Part shown: in pieces, positions 16,039-25,846 of the stretch
Layout: each line of letters opens with the position of its first letter
Numbering within the stretch: the first letter of the stretch is position 1
DNA from: Clostridia bacterium
GTDB taxonomy: Bacteria > Bacillota > Limnochordia > DTU080 > RSA5
Reading direction: 5' to 3'
DNA length: 64,000 nucleotides
Assembly (NCBI GenBank): GCA_002919235.1
Contig: PKEX01000028.1
Span: 2,839 to 66,838, forward strand
Made by a program: the position numbers and the translations under genes
The notes under the pieces: model-generated
Database searches by the model: none
Told to the model about the DNA's origin: nothing
Seen by the model: only the letters and a program-made list of their open reading frames with translations

Positions 16039-18006
16039 ATGCTGCAGCGAGTTGCCCACACAGTGCGCGCCTTGACGGCGGATGCGGTCGAGGCGGCAAA
16101 GTCAGGACACCCGGGCCTGCCGCTGGGCATGGCCGAGGTCGGCGCGCTCCTCTACGGCAAGATCCTGCGCCACGACCCGGCGTGGCCCGAGTGGCCTGAC
16201 CGCGACCGGGTGGTCCTTTCGGCGGGCCACGGGTCGATGTGGCTCTACAGCTTGCTCCACCTGTCGGGCTACGACCTTTCGCTGGATGAGATCAAGAGGT
16301 TCCGCCAGCTGGGTTCGGCGACGCCCGGCCATCCCGAGCACGGCGAGACGCCGGGGGTAGAGACCACCACCGGACCCCTGGGACAGGGGATCGCCAACGC
16401 CGTGGGCATGGCGCTGGCCGAGCGGATGCTGGCGGCCCGTTTCAACCGGCCGGGGCATGAGATCGTGGGCCACTACACCTACGTCATTGCCAGCGACGGC
16501 GACCTGATGGAAGGCGTCGCCGCTGAAGCCTCGTCTCTCGCAGGCCACCTGGGCCTGGGCCGGCTCATCGTCTTTTACGACGACAACCAGATCACCATCG
16601 AGGGCAAGACGTCCCTGGCCTTCTCCGAGGACGTGGCCAAGCGCTACGAAGCCTACGGCTGGCACGTGCTCTTCGTGGACGGACACGACATGGCGGCGGT
16701 GGAGGAAGCGATCCGCGCCGCTCAGGCCGAGACGGAGCGGCCGAGCCTCATCGTGACCAAGACCACCATCGGCTGGGGCACGCCCATCGCCGGCACCTCC
16801 AAGGTGCACAGCGACCCGCTGGGTGCCGAGAACATCGCCGCGCTCAAGGCGAAGATCGGCTGGCCCGAGGAGCCGTTCTACGTCCCCGCCGAGGTGTACG
16901 AGTTCTTCAACGAGCGCAAGAAGGAGCTGGCCAAGGAGAGCGCCGCGTGGAAGGAGCGCTTTGAAGCCTGGTCCAAGGCGTATCCCGAGCTGAGGGCCGA
17001 GTGGGACAAGGCCTTCGGCCTCGAGCTGCCCGAGGATCTGGAAAGCGCCCTGCCCGAGTTTGCGCCGGGCGAGAAGGTCGCCACCCGGGCCGCGGCGGGC
17101 AAGGTGCTCCAGAAGCTGGCCGAGCGGGTGCCGTACCTGGTGGGCGGCTCGGGCGATCTGCATCCTTCGACCAAGACCTACATTGAAGGCGCCGCCGCGG
17201 TGACCAAGGGCGAGTACGGCGGCCGCAACCTCCACTTCGGCGTGCGGGAGCACGGCATGGGCGCCATGCTCAACGGCATGCAGCTCCACGGCGGCTTCCG
17301 CGTGTACGGGTCCACCTTCCTCACCTTCGCCGACTACATGCGGCCGTCCATCCGCCTCGCAGCGCTGATGAAGCAGCCGGTGATCTTCATCTTCACGCAC
17401 GATTCGGTATACGTCGGCGAGGACGGCCCCACGCACCAGCCGGTGGAGCAGGCCGAATCGCTCCGCATCATCCCCAACGTGGAGGTGTACCGCCCGGCCG
17501 ACGCGGTCGAGGCGGGCCTGGCCTGGATCGAAGCGCTGAAGCGGACGGACGGCCCCACCGTGCTGCTCTTTACCCGGCAGAACGTGCCGGTGCTGGAGCG
17601 GCAGGAGCGCCCGGACCTGAGCCGGGGCGCGTACGTGATCAAGCGGGAGGAGAACGCCCTGGCCGCCGTGATCCTAGCCAGCGGGAGCGAAGTGGCGCTG
17701 GCGCTGGACGCCGCCGCCCAGCTGGAGACGGAAGGCATCGGCGTCCGTGTGGTGTCGGTGCCCAACCGGGAGCTCTTCCTGCGCCAGGACGCCGCCTACC
17801 AGGAGTCGGTCGCGCCGGCCGGCACGCCCAGGCTGGTGGTGGAGGCGGGCGTCGGCCACGGCTGGAGGGGCTTGGCAGGGGAAAACGGCCGGATCCTTTC
17901 TATCGAGCGCTTCGGCGTGAGCGCTCCGGGTGCCCAGGCCGCGGCACACCTTGGCCTCACGGTCGAGCGGGCGGTGGCGCTGGTCAAGGAGATGATTGGC
18001 AAGTAA
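16039..18006 (+). CDS. tkt: transketolase
   Basis: ATG at 16039 lies 8 nt after [50 protein letters not shown] and [10 protein letters not shown] are present over a full-length ~655 aa. Confidence 0.95.
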   Translation: MLQRVAHTVRALTADAVEAAKSGHPGLPLGMAEVGALLYGKILRHDPAWPEWPDRDRVVLSAGHGSMWLYSLLHLSGYDLSLDEIKRFRQLGSATPGHPEHGETPGVETTTGPLGQGIANAVGMALAERMLAARFNRPGHEIVGHYTYVIASDGDLMEGVAAEASSLAGHLGLGRLIVFYDDNQITIEGKTSLAFSEDVAKRYEAYGWHVLFVDGHDMAAVEEAIRAAQAETERPSLIVTKTTIGWGTPIAGTSKVHSDPLGAENIAALKAKIGWPEEPFYVPAEVYEFFNERKKELAKESAAWKERFEAWSKAYPELRAEWDKAFGLELPEDLESALPEFAPGEKVATRAAAGKVLQKLAERVPYLVGGSGDLHPSTKTYIEGAAAVTKGEYGGRNLHFGVREHGMGAMLNGMQLHGGFRVYGSTFLTFADYMRPSIRLAALMKQPVIFIFTHDSVYVGEDGPTHQPVEQAESLRIIPNVEVYRPADAVEAGLAWIEALKRTDGPTVLLFTRQNVPVLERQERPDLSRGAYVIKREENALAAVILASGSEVALALDAAAQLETEGIGVRVVSVPNRELFLRQDAAYQESVAPAGTPRLVVEAGVGHGWRGLAGENGRILSIERFGVSAPGAQAAAHLGLTVERAVALVKEMIGK

Positions 18007-18210
18007 GAAGGCGGCCAGCTTCCAGCCGGGCGGGAGCGGCCCGGCGCAGTGGAGCCGCACGCGTCATGGACCCCGGCAGAGAGGTCCACGAGCCTCTTCG
18101 CCGGGGTCCTCGTCGTTCGCGGGCGAGGCAAGAACGGTCCGGCCGCCCGGCCGAAGGCGCGTGCGGCCTCGCGAGGCTGCGGCGCGGCGAGCCCTGCTTC
18201 CCGTGCCGGC

Positions 18211-18642
18211 TCATTCGGGGGAGGAGGCGGCGCCGGGATGTGCGAAGCGGCGGCGCAGCAAGGTGTAGGCCACGCGCCACGCGATCAGGCAGGCCGCGCC
18301 CAGCAGAAAGGCGACCACGGCAAAAAGCAGCGGCGCGCCGCGCTGGAGCAAGAGGACCCGGAGCTGCATCGCGATGGGAATCGTGAGCAGCCACGCCAGG
18401 GCGGCGCTCCGGACGGCAGGCCCGACGCCCGTCACCGCCCGCTCCCAAAAGACGCCGAGCCAAAGGCCGATGGCCACCCAGGCGATGAGAAAAGGCACTG
18501 CCGTGATCAGCACGGACAGCGCGCCGCGGGCGGTGCCGTGTTCGATCATGCCCAGCAGCGTGAAGATGATGACCACGACGAGGTCCCCCAGAAAGAGCGA
18601 GGGGAGAAAGCGGCCGCGGGTTCCGCCCAAAGCCCGGGTCAA
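18211..18642 (-). CDS. DUF3054-like small membrane protein
   Basis: 143 aa with four hydrophobic segments. LGDLVVVIIFTLLGMIEHG resembles the DUF3054 N-terminal motif. It overlaps the upstream gene by 4 nt. Confidence 0.55.
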   Translation of the reverse strand: MTRALGGTRGRFLPSLFLGDLVVVIIFTLLGMIEHGTARGALSVLITAVPFLIAWVAIGLWLGVFWERAVTGVGPAVRSAALAWLLTIPIAMQLRVLLLQRGAPLLFAVVAFLLGAACLIAWRVAYTLLRRRFAHPGAASSPE

Positions 18643-18947
18643 CGCCCATCGCCTCCTTCGCGAAATTCTTCCGCTTCGCCGTCTCCTTCGACGTAGTCGG
18701 GCTGCGTTCCCGTGTCGGGGGCCGGGATGGGCTCCCCTTGGGGCCAGAGCTTTTCATGGATGCACTCCCAGACACCGTCGTCCAGCTTGACCACCCAGAT
18801 CAAACTTTGCCCGGGGTTGTGGACGAAGGCGTCGCTGTTCAGCAAGAACCATTCGCCCCGGCGGTTGCCGATGGCGGGTTTTCCGTCGAGATAGCCGATG
18901 TGCCAATCGCCGGCGGCTTGCGCTCGTTCGATCACGGTCAACGTCAT
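18639..18947 (-). CDS. hypothetical protein (102 aa), acidic C-terminus
   Basis: The ORF has GC3-rich codon usage, AAAGGGG about 9 nt upstream of the ATG, and translational coupling to the DUF3054 gene. I recognise no family. Confidence 0.5.
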   Translation of the reverse strand: MTLTVIERAQAAGDWHIGYLDGKPAIGNRRGEWFLLNSDAFVHNPGQSLIWVVKLDDGVWECIHEKLWPQGEPIPAPDTGTQPDYVEGDGEAEEFREGGDGR

Positions 18948-19205
18948 GTGCTGCTACCCCTTTCGTCCCGCAGGCGCAGTCCTCATCTTATACTCCATAC
19001 CCACTCATAGACGGCCAATTCCAGAGCGCCGCGCCGGAATCCTTGCCGCGGGAATTGTGGGCGGCCGGCATCTCTACGCGGTCTTCGGGCCGCATAGAGT
19101 AGAGGCAGGCGGACGACCCGTACGGCCGTGGGACATCCGGACGTGAGAGCGGAGCGAGCGCCGGCGGGAAGTGACGTGAAATCCCAGGAAGAGGAGGCAG
19201 AACAG

Positions 19206-19490
19206 ATGATGAGGGAACAACCTCCGGCCCCGCGGGTGCGGATCACGGCGCTGTCCTTGACCAGCAGCCTGGAACTGGCGGTGGCGTTGGTTGCGCTGGC
19301 GGCCTGGCTGGCCATGCAGGAGCTGGCTCCTCTCTTGATCGCCGCCGCCGTGTTGGTGTCGGGACCCTTGGAGGCCCGGGTACGAAAGCTCTGCGGTTCC
19401 CTGCTCTCCCGCTGGGGCGGGGAGGCAGCCGGGCGCCAGGGGCCGAGACTGATCGCCCTCTTGTGCCTGCTCTGGGCGGCCTTGGCCTGA
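19206..19490 (+). CDS. hypothetical small membrane protein (94 aa)
   Basis: ATG at 19206 lies 8 nt after GAGGAGG (19191-19197). Two to three hydrophobic segments (LELAVALVALAAWLA, LLIAAAVLV, LIALLCLLWAALA) are present. A CCCGGCGCCGGG hairpin plus a T-rich tail follows the stop. Confidence 0.45.
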   Translation: MMREQPPAPRVRITALSLTSSLELAVALVALAAWLAMQELAPLLIAAAVLVSGPLEARVRKLCGSLLSRWGGEAAGRQGPRLIALLCLLWAALA

Positions 19491-19652
19491 CCCTCCCGGC
19501 GCCGGGCGGTATTTTCTTATAGGTTCGTGGATAATTTCTAATAGTCTCATGAAGGAATCTCTCGGACGATGACGAAAAGGAATGAACCACCTAAAAGAGG
19601 TGGAATAGGGGACGGTCGACCCTAGGTCGACCCGAAACCAATCGAGAAAAAC

Positions 19653-19780
19653 CAAGACGCAAGACAAGCGAAAAGGGCAAACCCGGCGAAAGCCGGGGAC
19701 GCAAAGCCGTGAGTCTAAGGCATTCGTGCACCGCTTCGGGCACGGGTGCTATGACCGTCAGGTTGCCGCTCGTCGTCTTG
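19653..19780 (+). promoter_or_regulatory. c-di-GMP-I (GEMM-I) riboswitch aptamer
   Basis: GGGCAAACC-CGGC-GAAA-GCCG-GGGACGCAAAGCC (19675-19708) matches the hallmark core of the Vibrio Vc2 aptamer (GGGCAAACC-AUUC-GAAA-GAGU-GGGACGCAAAGCC). The second hairpin carries a GAAA-tetraloop receptor (UCUAAG 19713-19718 opposite UAUGA 19750-19754). A UUGC junction follows. P1 closes as CAAGACG (19653-19659) with CGTCTTG (19774-19780). Confidence 0.85.
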
Positions 19781-19784
19781 ATTT

Positions 19785-19829
19785 GCCTGCGAGTGCCGCG
19801 GGGTGACGAGGGCACGAGCAGGCTTTTTT
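19785..19829 (+). terminator. intrinsic terminator forming the riboswitch expression platform
   Basis: GCCTGCGAGTGCC (19785-19797) pairs with GGCACGAGCAGGC (19811-19823) as 6 bp + a 2x2 internal loop + 5 bp, followed by TTTTTT (19824-19829). It starts 5 nt after the P1 3' strand. Confidence 0.8.
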
Positions 19830-20118
19830 CATCTATACAACTTTTTGCATCGCCCCGGCGCACCGGGAATGCGCCGGGACGGTGCGGCGCCTCTCCGGTG
19901 CACCGGAGGCAGTGAGGTGTGCCGGACGGGTACTCTGGGGTGCGCTGGATGGATGCCCGTCATCCACGGCGTGTTCGGGGGCCTGTGAGAACTCAGCCGC
20001 CGCCGCAAGGGGGGGTGGAAGCTGCGAGGTCGACGCAGCGCTGTCCGGCGGGCGGCGAGCGGAGCGCACGGAGCGCTTTGCTGAACGAGACACGTTCTTG
20101 GTCGGGAGGGCGTGGTCG

Positions 20119-20247
20119 ATGGTGAGGCGTTTCCTGGTCAGACTTCTGGGGAAACTGGGGCTGTTCCGCCCGGCAACCGTCAGCACAGGCCTGACACCTG
20201 AAGAGTATCAGATGCTGCGGGAGCTGGTGGCGGGAAAGAAAGTGTAG
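20119..20247 (+). CDS. candidate small protein (42 aa), untracked as a separate ORF
   Basis: ATG at 20119 lies 8 nt after GGGAGGG (20104-20110). Translation is MVRRFLVRLLGKLGLFRPATVSTGLTPEEYQMLRELVAGKKV. Codon usage is less GC3-biased than in neighbouring genes. It is the first SD-preceded ORF downstream of the riboswitch. Confidence 0.4.
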   Translation: MVRRFLVRLLGKLGLFRPATVSTGLTPEEYQMLRELVAGKKV

Positions 20248-20360
20248 GCTGCGCAGCGACCCCACGGACCTTTGAACCGCTGGCTGCCAGCGACAGCTGC
20301 TCAGTGAATCGTGTGCCGTTTCAATTTTCCTCCACAGCAACTCCATGGTGCACGTCAGGT

Positions 20361-20393
20361 GAACGCCCTGCCTTCGCCCTTGGCAGGGCGTTC
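20361..20393 (+). terminator. strong hairpin, possible terminator between the small ORF and the convergent lacI-family gene
   Basis: GAACGCCCTGCC (20361-20372) pairs with GGCAGGGCGTTC (20382-20393), a 12-bp perfect stem. Only a weak T tract (GCCTTTCC) follows. Confidence 0.35.
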
Positions 20394-20438
20394 GCCTTTC
20401 CGGGGCCACGCGCGGCAGCGGCGCGGTCTTTGCCCCGT

Positions 20439-21524
20439 TCACCGGCGGGCCCTTAACGAAGAAGCGCGAACCACCAGCTGGCCTCTGACTTCGACCACTT
20501 TGGGATGAGATGCCGGGTCGCCCGGCTCCCGGTCTTGGAGGCCCGCCGGCTCCTGGCTGGCCAGGCGCTTGAGCGCCAGCGCGGCAGCCCGGCCCATGGC
20601 CACCGGATCTTGCCGGACGGTGGTGAGCGGGGGTGTGACGTGCTGGGCCAGGGGAAGGTCGTCGAAACCGGCCACGGCCACGTCGTGGGGGACGGAGAGG
20701 CCCAGGTCGGCCAGGGCGCGGAGAGCCCCGGCGGCCATCAGATCGCTGGCGGCGAACACCGCGTCAAAGGGCGCCTCCCGCCAGGCGGCCCGCACGGCGG
20801 CGTACGCTTGCTCCCGGCTGAAGTGGCCGTAGACCACCCGCGCCGCTGCGGCGGGCATCCCGTGCCGGCGCAGGGCGTCGCGATAGCCCTGCTCTCTCGC
20901 GCGGTGCACGGCGGTGTTGGGCTGGCCGCCGACGAAGAGAATCCGGCGGCAGCCTTGCTCTATCAGGTGGCTGGTGACGGCGGCGGCCTGCGCCGTGTTG
21001 TCGGACGTGACCATCACCATCCGCCGGCCGCGAGGTGTGATGTCGATGGTGACGGTGGGAACGCCCAGCCGTTCCAGCTCGTCCAGGTAGGGATGGTCGT
21101 CGGTCAGGCCCATGACGATCAGCCCGGCGATGCGGGTGCCCTTGATGACGGCTTCAATGCGTTCCGGGGCGCTGGGGCTGCCGGGCCGCCGGGCCAGCAG
21201 CAAGACGTGCTGGCCCAGCTCCGCCGCCTGGTCCCGCACGCCGCAGAGGACAGGGAGAAAGAAGGGCTGCTCGGCCAAGGGGATGCCCTGGTCGTCGATG
21301 TACACGCCGACCAGCGTGGGCTCCCTGCGGACCAAGTTCTGCGCGATGAAGTCCGGCGTGTACCCGAGCTGTTGGGCGATCTGCCGGACCCTCGCCCTCG
21401 TTCTCGGGCTGACGTCGGGATAGCCGGCCAGCGCCCGGCTGGCGGTGGTGATGGAGACGTTGGCCGCTTTGGCCACGTCTCTCAGGGTGACCCCTCGCTT
21501 GTCGGACGCCCCGCCGCGGTTCAC
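20439..21524 (-). CDS. LacI-family transcriptional regulator
   Basis: N-terminal HTH VTLRDVAKAANVSITTASRALAG followed by a periplasmic-binding-protein-like sugar-binding core. It sits immediately downstream of the glycosidase gene on the same strand. Confidence 0.9.
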   Translation of the reverse strand: MNRGGASDKRGVTLRDVAKAANVSITTASRALAGYPDVSPRTRARVRQIAQQLGYTPDFIAQNLVRREPTLVGVYIDDQGIPLAEQPFFLPVLCGVRDQAAELGQHVLLLARRPGSPSAPERIEAVIKGTRIAGLIVMGLTDDHPYLDELERLGVPTVTIDITPRGRRMVMVTSDNTAQAAAVTSHLIEQGCRRILFVGGQPNTAVHRAREQGYRDALRRHGMPAAAARVVYGHFSREQAYAAVRAAWREAPFDAVFAASDLMAAGALRALADLGLSVPHDVAVAGFDDLPLAQHVTPPLTTVRQDPVAMGRAAALALKRLASQEPAGLQDREPGDPASHPKVVEVRGQLVVRASSLRARR

Positions 21525-21531
21525 CGGGCCA

Positions 21532-23946
21532 TCACCGGGCTGCGCCCCCTTTTTCGGCGGGCTTCAGCGCGATGTGGTCGCGCCCCCGGCTCCTCCAGTT
21601 GGCCGAGAGAGGGCCGCTCCCGCCGCTGACCCGTACCTCGCCGTTCACCTCCAGGACGTACCGTCCCGCCGGGAGGCCGTACCACGCCGGGGCGATCTCC
21701 ACGTCGACGGTCCAGTCCGGGTCCAGCCCATGAATCTCCACCCGCACTTCGCCTGCCGTGCGGTCCACGGCGACGGCCAGGTCCAGGCGCTGGTCGCCGA
21801 CGCGCACGGCGTCAAGGCGCGCCCAGTCCCAAGCGGCCGGGAGGCAGGGGGAGAGGCGGATCCGCTTTTGGTGCGCCAGGGGTTCAAGCCCCAGGAAGTG
21901 CCGGACGATGGGCACGGCCACGCCGTAGCCGGTCCACGCCTGGACGAAGCAGCCGCCGGCGGGCGACATCTCGCTGGGGGCGCCGGGAAAGCGCAGCAGC
22001 CGGGTGCCGGCGATCTGCCGGATGTACCCCAGCGCCGCGTCCATCCGGCGGTAGCGGGCTTCCGCCACCGCCGCCACGCCGGTGGAGATGGTCATCTGGT
22101 GCGTTTGGCTGTAGCCAGAAAGGTACACCCCGAACAAGCCGGTAAACTCCGAACTCTCCATCCGGCGGAGCGCGCGCTCCGCCCGCTCCCTGCCGGACAG
22201 CCCCACCTCCAGCGGGCAGAAGATCACCCACGTCTTAAAGAGCCACGGCAGTTCTCGGCCGGCGTCGCTCTCCCGGCAGATCCGCTCGATCTCGTCCAGT
22301 CTCTCCGCCATCCCCGGGCTCTGGTAGCCGGGCTCGGCCCGCATCGCCTCGAGCCGCGGGAGCATGATGCGGGGCGGAGCGATCAGGTCGGCGTACAGCC
22401 CCTCCTCCTCGAGCCAGAAGCGGTCGTCGATGGCCCGGGCCAGCCGGTCCGCCAGCCGGCTGGCCTCCTGCTCCGTGGCGGGGTCCTGGAGGACGCGGGC
22501 CATTTCCGCCAGGGCGGCGAGGGCCCGCTGGCCGTAGACGGCGGTGTCGATCAGCTCCCAGTTGAGCCCGGCGATCTCCGTGATGCCGTAGCCTTCGGGA
22601 AGCAGGTCCCCGTCGGAATCCTGCGACCGGAAGAGCCAGTCCAGAACGCCCTGGCGGCAGAGGGGATAGAGCTCGCGCAGGAACTCCAGGTCGCCGGTCC
22701 AGCAGAAAGTCTCCCACACGGCCATGGCAAAGTGGGCGGTCTCCTGCGCGTTGCCCGGGTTGTACACCACGCCGTTGGTGGTCACTTCGTGGACGATGCG
22801 GCCGTCGCCGTTGTGCTCCCGGCTCACCCTCGCCAGCAGCCGCAGCGTGTGCCGGGCCATCTCCAGCCGGCCGACGCACAGGGCGCCGAGGAGGGCGTAG
22901 GTGTTGTCGCAGCCGAACCACCACGGGTACTCGGGCAGGCCGGCGCCGAGGCCCTTGCCCAGCGAAGGCACGTCCCGGTAGAGCTGCTCGTAGCCTACCT
23001 TGATGTCGTCGAAGAGCGCCTGGATCTCCGGGTCCGGGACCTGAAGCCGGCTGTGCGCCAGGAGGCGGCTCATCTCCTCGGCTTTGCGGGCCTGGAGAGC
23101 CCCGGTGTGGGGGGCCACCCGCCGCCAGGTGGCCAGCGCCTCGTCCTCCGTTTGGCACGAGCTGCTCACGACGAAGGTGAGCGAGGCCCGCCCGTCCGGG
23201 GCCAGCGGCAGGCGGGCGAAGAAGGCGATGGAGATGCCCTGGCCGTGGGTCTTTTCCGGTCCCCACAGGTCGTGCCCGATCTCGATGCGCTGCACCGCGG
23301 TTTCATCCTCCGGGACCGGCCCGATGGCGGCGTGAAACGGCATCTCGCTGTCGCGGGCGTGCACCAGCCCGTGCGGCAGGATGAAGGCCTGGTCGGGACC
23401 GTCCGTCCAGCCCAGGCGCTCGCTGAGCCAGACGCCCTGGAGGTCCGTGCGAAAGAGCAGCACGACGGGGAGGGTGCCCCCGGCCCCGGGCGCGGCGTTC
23501 TCCGCGGGCTCTGCCGCCGGCGCCCCTGCGCGCTCCGGCGCCGCCGGGCGCGGGGCTTTGGGGCCGGCCTGCGGGACAGCCCGGCGGAACGTGTACGAAA
23601 TGACCAGCGCCTCCTCGTCGTGCGGCACCCACGTCTCCCGTTCGACGGCAAACCCCGACACCGCGGGATAGATGTGGCGGGCCGAGACCGGCGAGGTCTC
23701 AAACCGCTCGGCGGGCGGGAGCCACCGGGCGCCGGCGAGGCTATCGCCCAGGCCGAGCCAAAAGCCGTCCAGCACCTTGATGGGGTGGCTCCACATGCCG
23801 CCCATCTCGTGCCGGAGGTGGTCTCCCATGTCCGGGAAGCGCCCGTCCTGCGTCCCGATGAGATACGTCCTGCGCCCCGCGACGACGTACGGGTCGTCCA
23901 GGCGGTGCGATTTGCTGTAGCGGAGGGCTGAGGCGCGGTGCGTCAA
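21532..23946 (-). CDS. large six-hairpin glycosidase (amylo-alpha-1,6-glucosidase / glycogen-debranching GDE_C-like family)
   Basis: 804-aa [38 protein letters not shown] and the (alpha/alpha)6-type C-terminal half resemble GDE_C-type enzymes. The exact specificity is unknown. The TTG start at 23946 is uncertain. Confidence 0.65.
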   Translation of the reverse strand: MTHRASALRYSKSHRLDDPYVVAGRRTYLIGTQDGRFPDMGDHLRHEMGGMWSHPIKVLDGFWLGLGDSLAGARWLPPAERFETSPVSARHIYPAVSGFAVERETWVPHDEEALVISYTFRRAVPQAGPKAPRPAAPERAGAPAAEPAENAAPGAGGTLPVVLLFRTDLQGVWLSERLGWTDGPDQAFILPHGLVHARDSEMPFHAAIGPVPEDETAVQRIEIGHDLWGPEKTHGQGISIAFFARLPLAPDGRASLTFVVSSSCQTEDEALATWRRVAPHTGALQARKAEEMSRLLAHSRLQVPDPEIQALFDDIKVGYEQLYRDVPSLGKGLGAGLPEYPWWFGCDNTYALLGALCVGRLEMARHTLRLLARVSREHNGDGRIVHEVTTNGVVYNPGNAQETAHFAMAVWETFCWTGDLEFLRELYPLCRQGVLDWLFRSQDSDGDLLPEGYGITEIAGLNWELIDTAVYGQRALAALAEMARVLQDPATEQEASRLADRLARAIDDRFWLEEEGLYADLIAPPRIMLPRLEAMRAEPGYQSPGMAERLDEIERICRESDAGRELPWLFKTWVIFCPLEVGLSGRERAERALRRMESSEFTGLFGVYLSGYSQTHQMTISTGVAAVAEARYRRMDAALGYIRQIAGTRLLRFPGAPSEMSPAGGCFVQAWTGYGVAVPIVRHFLGLEPLAHQKRIRLSPCLPAAWDWARLDAVRVGDQRLDLAVAVDRTAGEVRVEIHGLDPDWTVDVEIAPAWYGLPAGRYVLEVNGEVRVSGGSGPLSANWRSRGRDHIALKPAEKGGAAR

Positions 23947-23982
23947 CGGTGGTCACCCGGCTCCTGGCAAAGGATTGGAGAA

Positions 23983-24002
23983 GATCCAAAACGTTTTGGA
24001 TC
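23983..24002. promoter_or_regulatory. candidate LacI-family operator (20-bp perfect palindrome)
   Basis: GATCCAAAACGTTTTGGATC has a central CG and sits in the divergent region between the glycosidase-lacI operon (-) and thuA (+). The AANCGNTT core fits LacI/GalR-type operators. Confidence 0.55.
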
Positions 24003-24148
24003 CACGGGAGGAGATTCCCGGCGGTTCAAGGAAATCCTCGCGCGCGAGATTTGCGGCGCGCGAAAAACGCGGGAGGAAGGCCCGCTCCCCGCCGAGCGGG
24101 ACCCGCTTTCCGCATTTCCCGCCCGCAGGGCCCGGAGGAGTCGAAGAG

Positions 24149-24880
24149 ATGCCCAACACCATCCGCGTCACCATCTGGAACGAGTTTCGCCACGAGCAGC
24201 AGGACGAGAGAGTCAAGCGCATCTATCCCGCCGGGATCCACGAGGCCATCGCCGCGCACCTGCGGCCTCATCCCGGCATCGCGGTGCGCACCGCGACGCT
24301 CGACGAGCCGGAGCACGGCCTCACCCAGGAGGTGGTCGACCAGACGGACGTCCTGATCTGGTGGGGCCACATCGCCCACCACGAGGTGGCGGACCACGTG
24401 GTCGACCGGGTGCACAAGGCCGTCCTGGGCGGGATGGGGCTCGTCGTGCTCCACTCGGGGCACTACTCCAAGATCTTCCAGCGGCTGATGGGCACCACGT
24501 GCTCGCTCAAGTGGAGAGAGGCGGGCGAACGGGAGCGGCTCTGGGTGGTCGCGCCGGGACATCCCATCGTCGAGGGAATCGGCGAGGCCATCGAGCTTGA
24601 AGAAGAGGAGATGTACGGCGAGTTCTTCGACATCCCCGAGCCCGACACGCTGGTCTTTGTCAGCTGGTTCACCGGCGGGGAGGTCTTCCGCAGCGGGTGC
24701 TGCTTCTACCGGGGCAAGGGGAAGATCTTCTACTTCCGCCCAGGGCACGAGACCCATCCCACCTACCACAACCCCCAGATCGGGCGGGTGATCCTGAACG
24801 CCGTCCGCTGGGCGGCCCCTGTAAGAGGGCCTGAGATCACGTGGGACAACGTCCCGCCCAGGGAACCGCTGCAGAAGTAG
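24149..24880 (+). CDS. ThuA-domain protein (trehalose-utilisation-like, class I glutamine amidotransferase-like fold)
   Basis: ATG at 24149 lies 8 nt after [19 protein letters not shown]...[14 protein letters not shown]...[10 protein letters not shown]...[13 protein letters not shown] is the typical ThuA pattern. Confidence 0.85.
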   Translation: MPNTIRVTIWNEFRHEQQDERVKRIYPAGIHEAIAAHLRPHPGIAVRTATLDEPEHGLTQEVVDQTDVLIWWGHIAHHEVADHVVDRVHKAVLGGMGLVVLHSGHYSKIFQRLMGTTCSLKWREAGERERLWVVAPGHPIVEGIGEAIELEEEEMYGEFFDIPEPDTLVFVSWFTGGEVFRSGCCFYRGKGKIFYFRPGHETHPTYHNPQIGRVILNAVRWAAPVRGPEITWDNVPPREPLQK

Positions 24881-24937
24881 GCAGGGACGGAAGAGCCCGG
24901 CTCGGCGGGGGACCGAGCCGGGCTTCTTTGATCCGGC

Positions 24938-25846
24938 TCACACCTGCCGCCAGGCGGCCCGCAGCGTCCGCTTGGCGTTGGCGATGACAATTTGGGGCGA
25001 CTCGCCCGGCATCGGCTTCACTTCGAAGGCGACGGTGCGGGTGATCCCCTCGGAAAGGTAGCCGATGTCCCGCAGCACCCGGAGAAACTCGGCCAGCTCT
25101 GCCACGTCGTTCACCCCGCCGGGGGCGCCGAACCGGGGATGGCTGTCGCCGTAGAGCGGGTGCTCCGGGTCGAGGATGCAGTTGCCCACGTGGATGTGGG
25201 TGATGTAATCCTTCGCCAGCGTGAGCGCCTCCCGCGAGCTCTCCCCTTGCAGTGGGAGATGCGACAGGTCCAGCATGAGGCCGAAGTCGGGGAACTGCGG
25301 CCGCAGGCGGGCCGCCACCCGCACGGCGTCCTTGGTGCTCCCGATGACGGCCTTCTTGTCGATCTCCCGGTCGAACACTTCCAGCGCGACGGCCAGGTCA
25401 TACCCGCGGGCGGCTTCGCACACCTGCGCCAGCGAATCGACGAGCCGCTCGATGGCCGCGTCCCGCCCTTCGGGCCCCGGATCCCGCCCGCTGAGGAGCG
25501 CAAACTTGGTGGCGCCCAGCTCCTTGGCCATGGGCAGGTAGCCGATGAGCGTCTCGACGGCCTTTTTCCGCTCGCCTTCGTCCGGGGAGTTGAGGTCGAG
25601 CCCGCCGGAAAGCTGGATGGGCTGGCAGGCGAAACCCACCTCCATCTGGCTTGCGGCGAGGATCTCCGCCACCTTCTTCCGCACCGCCCCGTCGTTGATC
25701 CGGGTGACCTCGATGCTTTCAAAGAACGGGTCGTGGCAGATCTCCTCGATGGCCTCGAGCACCGGCCCGTCGCCGCTGGAAAGCTCGGGAAAGGCCATGA
25801 AGGCGACAATCCCCACGCGCATCATCTGGTGAAGATCGGGCTTCAT
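24938..25846 (-). CDS. sugar phosphate isomerase/epimerase (xylose-isomerase-like TIM barrel)
   Basis: Only the last 302 codons of the 818-aa track ORF look genuine. They run from MKPDLHQMMRVGIVAF, with GGAGG upstream at 25856-25860. FALLSGRDPG, ALEVFDREID and LDLSHLPLQGE are typical of the AP_endonuc_2/TIM family. Confidence 0.8.
   Translation of the reverse strand: MKPDLHQMMRVGIVAFMAFPELSSGDGPVLEAIEEICHDPFFESIEVTRINDGAVRKKVAEILAASQMEVGFACQPIQLSGGLDLNSPDEGERKKAVETLIGYLPMAKELGATKFALLSGRDPGPEGRDAAIERLVDSLAQVCEAARGYDLAVALEVFDREIDKKAVIGSTKDAVRVAARLRPQFPDFGLMLDLSHLPLQGESSREALTLAKDYITHIHVGNCILDPEHPLYGDSHPRFGAPGGVNDVAELAEFLRVLRDIGYLSEGITRTVAFEVKPMPGESPQIVIANAKRTLRAAWRQV

Noticed and set aside
19506-19545. 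I considered a specific promoter call for the riboswitch transcript (TTCTTA-N17-TCTAAT, or GATAAT at 19530-19535).
   Set aside because: The AT-rich stretch is suggestive, but neither hexamer pair is close to consensus and several registers are possible. It is not reported as a feature.
19607-19640. The tmRNA-like 5' end GGGGACGGTCGACCCTAGGTCGACC resembles GGGGACG...GGAUUCGAC.
   Set aside because: No tag-reading frame ending in ...AA-stop is present. There is no T-arm/acceptor GGTTCGA...CCACCA within 400 nt. The region is better explained as a 5' hairpin (GGTCGACC-cta-GGTCGACC) ahead of the c-di-GMP aptamer.
19600-19780. I considered alternative riboswitch classes for this structured RNA: c-di-AMP ydaO, glycine and guanidine-I ykkC.
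   Set aside because: Only fragmentary resemblances exist (GGGGAC...CCCGAA, GAAAAGGGCAAA). The GGGCAAACC...GAAA...GGGACGCAAAGCC core plus the tetraloop receptor fits GEMM-I specifically.
21445-23931. An 828-aa plus-strand ORF lies opposite the glycosidase gene. Similar shadows occur at 41344-43248, 52968-55172, 61067-62797, 8662-10710, 10559-12310 and 16102-17436.
   Set aside because: The same reasoning applies. Each is the mirror frame of a gene with strong family motifs, lacks a Shine-Dalgarno site and translates to low-complexity sequence.
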